DNA of 32,000 nucleotides from Pasteurella multocida (GTDB lineage Bacteria; Pseudomonadota; Gammaproteobacteria; Enterobacterales; Pasteurellaceae): NCBI RefSeq assembly GCF_900187275.1, contig NZ_LT906458.1, positions 1,800,001 to 1,832,000 of the forward strand, read 5' to 3'. Shown piece by piece: positions 30,054 to 32,000 of this stretch (position 1 is its first letter; each line of letters starts with the position of its first letter). The notes under the pieces were generated by a model. It saw only the letters and a program-made list of their open reading frames with translations, ran no database searches and was not told where the DNA came from. The position numbers and the translations under genes were made by a program.

Positions 30054-31583
30054 TTAAAATGTTTTACTGAAGGTTAAATAAATCCGATTCCGGTCATATT
30101 CGGAAAAAGGATTGTTACTGGTGGTTTTTTGATATGCCCAAGTGATTTTAGGCGTGATCCCCAACCAGTGAAGACTACGATGCCAAATCGTAAAATTGAC
30201 ACCGTATTCGCGATTTTTTTGCACAACTTTAAAGAAACTCGGCGCGAAAATCATATTCTTTTCTGCTGAAGGTGCTCGATAAGTACGCGTGGCATAGCTT
30301 GTTTGTAAACGCGTTGAAATGCCTTTCGGCCATTCTTGCCCCCAACCTAGACGTATTCCTTGACGTTCAAAAGCATAGGCTTTTAGCCGGGTATTTTTTT
30401 GATAATAATCGAATCCAACAAACCAAAATTGTTGGCTATTTGGCATATATATCAGAGTATTGCTAATGGAATAGCTATTTCCATTTGAGCTTTGCCGTTG
30501 AGGTTGGATATAACGTTGTTCGGTATATTCCAGAACCGTGGAGATTTTCCAATTGGGTGTCAACCAATAATCCACGTCAAGGTTGATACCTGAGCTTTTA
30601 GAATAACGGTGTAATGTACGTGCATCCTTTGTTGCATTTTCACCGCCCACATACCAAAATTGTTCCACGAAAGGTATAAGTTTCACTTCTGTTTTGGCAT
30701 TACGGTAACCACCACCTAGATTGAGGCGAGTCGAAAACTCATCATACTTATGATTATCCCAATAATATTTTCCATTGATATCGGCACTAAATTCTGTGAA
30801 AAAGCCGTGGGCTAATGACCAATTTTTACTTAAATTAATAAAATAACTTAAACCATGTGCTTTTTCTGGTTGGCTTGAAGGGGTGAAGCCTTCCGCTTTG
30901 GTGCCTTTAGGCGGTGCATTATTGACATTGTTCTCATGCAAATAATTTACTCCGCCATACACATTCCAGCTATCGCGTTGGTTAATCGCATCAATATAGC
31001 TATCAATGAGGGTCAGTAAAGGCGCGGGTAAGTTTTCTGAACGCAGTTGGTTAAATTGTGCTTTCGCGGCTTCATTTTCACGGTTTTGCGTTAAGGCGAT
31101 AGCGAGTTGTAAGCGTGCAGGTTGTAAATTGGGCTTTTCTGCAATAATTTGGCGATATAAACGTACTGATTCACTTAATTTTCCTTGTTTACGAGCAACC
31201 ATTGCCTGTGCCCATTTTAATAACAGCGGATCAGGCGATTGTTGGGCATAAATGGGTAACAGAATTTCCGCACCGCGCATATCATTATTTTTTAATGCCG
31301 GGATTAAGGCGCGAAGCACCAAATCAGGTCTGCTAGCAAGTTGTTCAATGGTCAACGAAATTTGCTGACTGCTCGCACTTGATGTGGGTTCAGTCGGTTT
31401 CGGTTTCTGAGAAAAGAGATGCTGTTTAGGTGACGTCTGGGAAAATGTTTCATCTGGTCGGCTATTATCTACGGGGATCACAGTATTCGCCCACGCGGTG
31501 TTATAAATAACGCCAGAGAGAAAAACAAGGCGACCGAAAAAAGGTAAAAAAGTAAGCGGTTTTAAGTTTATCATTAAGTTCAT
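30054..31583 (-). CDS. Surface lipoprotein assembly modifier (Slam, DUF560) family outer-membrane protein
   Basis: 509 aa with signal peptide ...NTAWA/NT. The N-terminal part is helical and TPR-like (LRALIPALKNNDMRGAEILLPIYAQ...LYRQIIAEKPNLQPARLQLAIAL). The C-terminal ~300 aa is rich in alternating aromatic beta-strand patterns and ends ...RIYLTFSKTF (OMP C-terminal Phe). It lies directly upstream of a TbpB-like lipoprotein gene. Confidence 0.8.
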   Translation of the reverse strand: MNLMINLKPLTFLPFFGRLVFLSGVIYNTAWANTVIPVDNSRPDETFSQTSPKQHLFSQKPKPTEPTSSASSQQISLTIEQLASRPDLVLRALIPALKNNDMRGAEILLPIYAQQSPDPLLLKWAQAMVARKQGKLSESVRLYRQIIAEKPNLQPARLQLAIALTQNRENEAAKAQFNQLRSENLPAPLLTLIDSYIDAINQRDSWNVYGGVNYLHENNVNNAPPKGTKAEGFTPSSQPEKAHGLSYFINLSKNWSLAHGFFTEFSADINGKYYWDNHKYDEFSTRLNLGGGYRNAKTEVKLIPFVEQFWYVGGENATKDARTLHRYSKSSGINLDVDYWLTPNWKISTVLEYTEQRYIQPQRQSSNGNSYSISNTLIYMPNSQQFWFVGFDYYQKNTRLKAYAFERQGIRLGWGQEWPKGISTRLQTSYATRTYRAPSAEKNMIFAPSFFKVVQKNREYGVNFTIWHRSLHWLGITPKITWAYQKTTSNNPFSEYDRNRIYLTFSKTF

Positions 31584-31632
31584 CTGAAAAAAGTCATTAT
31601 ATTCTGTTTATTATTGGTGTGGGCTTTTGCGA

Positions 31633-32000
31633 TTAAGGCATTGCAATGGCATACAAGCGGTAACTAACTTGACCGGTTATTTTTTCTTTGAGTATTGTCC
31701 AGTTCTCTGGGGCAATAATCGGTTTGTCTTTTTCCGTTTCCACATAAACCAATGCGTCAGGTTTTAGCCAATTATGTCGAGCTAATAAATCAACTGTTTG
31801 CTGTGCTAGACCGAAGTGAAAAGGCGGATCAATAAACACAATGTCAAAGTGCGGTGCAGTTTGGGGTTGATTTAAAAATTGCAGGCTATTTTGATTGATG
31901 ACGTTAGCCTGTTCTGCATTGCATTTTAACGTAGCAAGATTTTTGCTGAGTTGTGTCGCAACATTTTTATCTAGCTCTAAAAACGTCACCTGTTTTGCCT
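31633..32000 (-). CDS. rsmD: 16S rRNA (guanine966-N2)-methyltransferase RsmD, C-terminal part (5' end outside the window)
   Basis: FDIVFIDPPF (DPPF catalytic motif) and the rest of the YhhF/RsmD C-terminus. The frame is open to the window edge. Confidence 0.85.
   Translation of the reverse strand, partial: AKQVTFLELDKNVATQLSKNLATLKCNAEQANVINQNSLQFLNQPQTAPHFDIVFIDPPFHFGLAQQTVDLLARHNWLKPDALVYVETEKDKPIIAPENWTILKEKITGQVSYRLYAIAMP

Noticed and set aside
31584-31632. TATAAT (complement of 31597-31602) as the Slam promoter, and a Fur box upstream of Slam
   Set aside because: The -10 lies only about 14 nt from the ATG with no matching -35, and no sequence there approaches the Fur 7-1-7 motif. Transcription may come from within or through rsmD.

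Overview
Chromosomal segment of a Pasteurellaceae-type gammaproteobacterium. The taxon is inferred from at least 12 perfect copies of the Haemophilus-type uptake signal sequence AAGTGCGGT found by eye, and from Haemophilus/E. coli-like gene content. Most of the window is core genome: the 3' part of atpC, tusA, yigZ-trkH-hemG, and a complete rrn operon (16S, tRNA-Ile GAU, tRNA-Ala UGC, 23S, 5S) with tandem promoters, boxA sites and processing stems. It continues with mlaA-yfbU, carA and carB, gpmA, envC-yibQ, comM, engB, a VirK/YbjX (DUF535)-like gene, trmL and the 3' part of rsmD. The accessory or unusual content is as follows. (1) A two-gene minus-strand cassette at 29013-31583 encodes a Slam-like (DUF560) outer-membrane translocon followed 24 nt later by a TbpB-fold surface lipoprotein of unknown ligand; this is the best candidate for an interesting system here. 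(2) An AT-rich TonB-dependent receptor has a perfect 7-1-7 Fur operator and a ~0.5 kb ORF-free AT-rich upstream region. (3) carA and carB are separated by two inserted same-strand genes (PhzF-like isomerase and DJ-1/PfpI isocyanide-hydratase-like protein). (4) An IS200 element sits between the carB and gpmA terminators. (5) An orphan AT-rich secreted-protein gene and a degenerate repeat patch lie just after the rrn terminator. (6) An uncharacterised lipoprotein sits at the tail of envC-yibQ. I saw no CRISPR array, restriction-modification genes or recognisable phage-defence cluster. All calls come from reading the sequence and ORF track. No searches were run, and RNA and element ends are approximate to a few nt.
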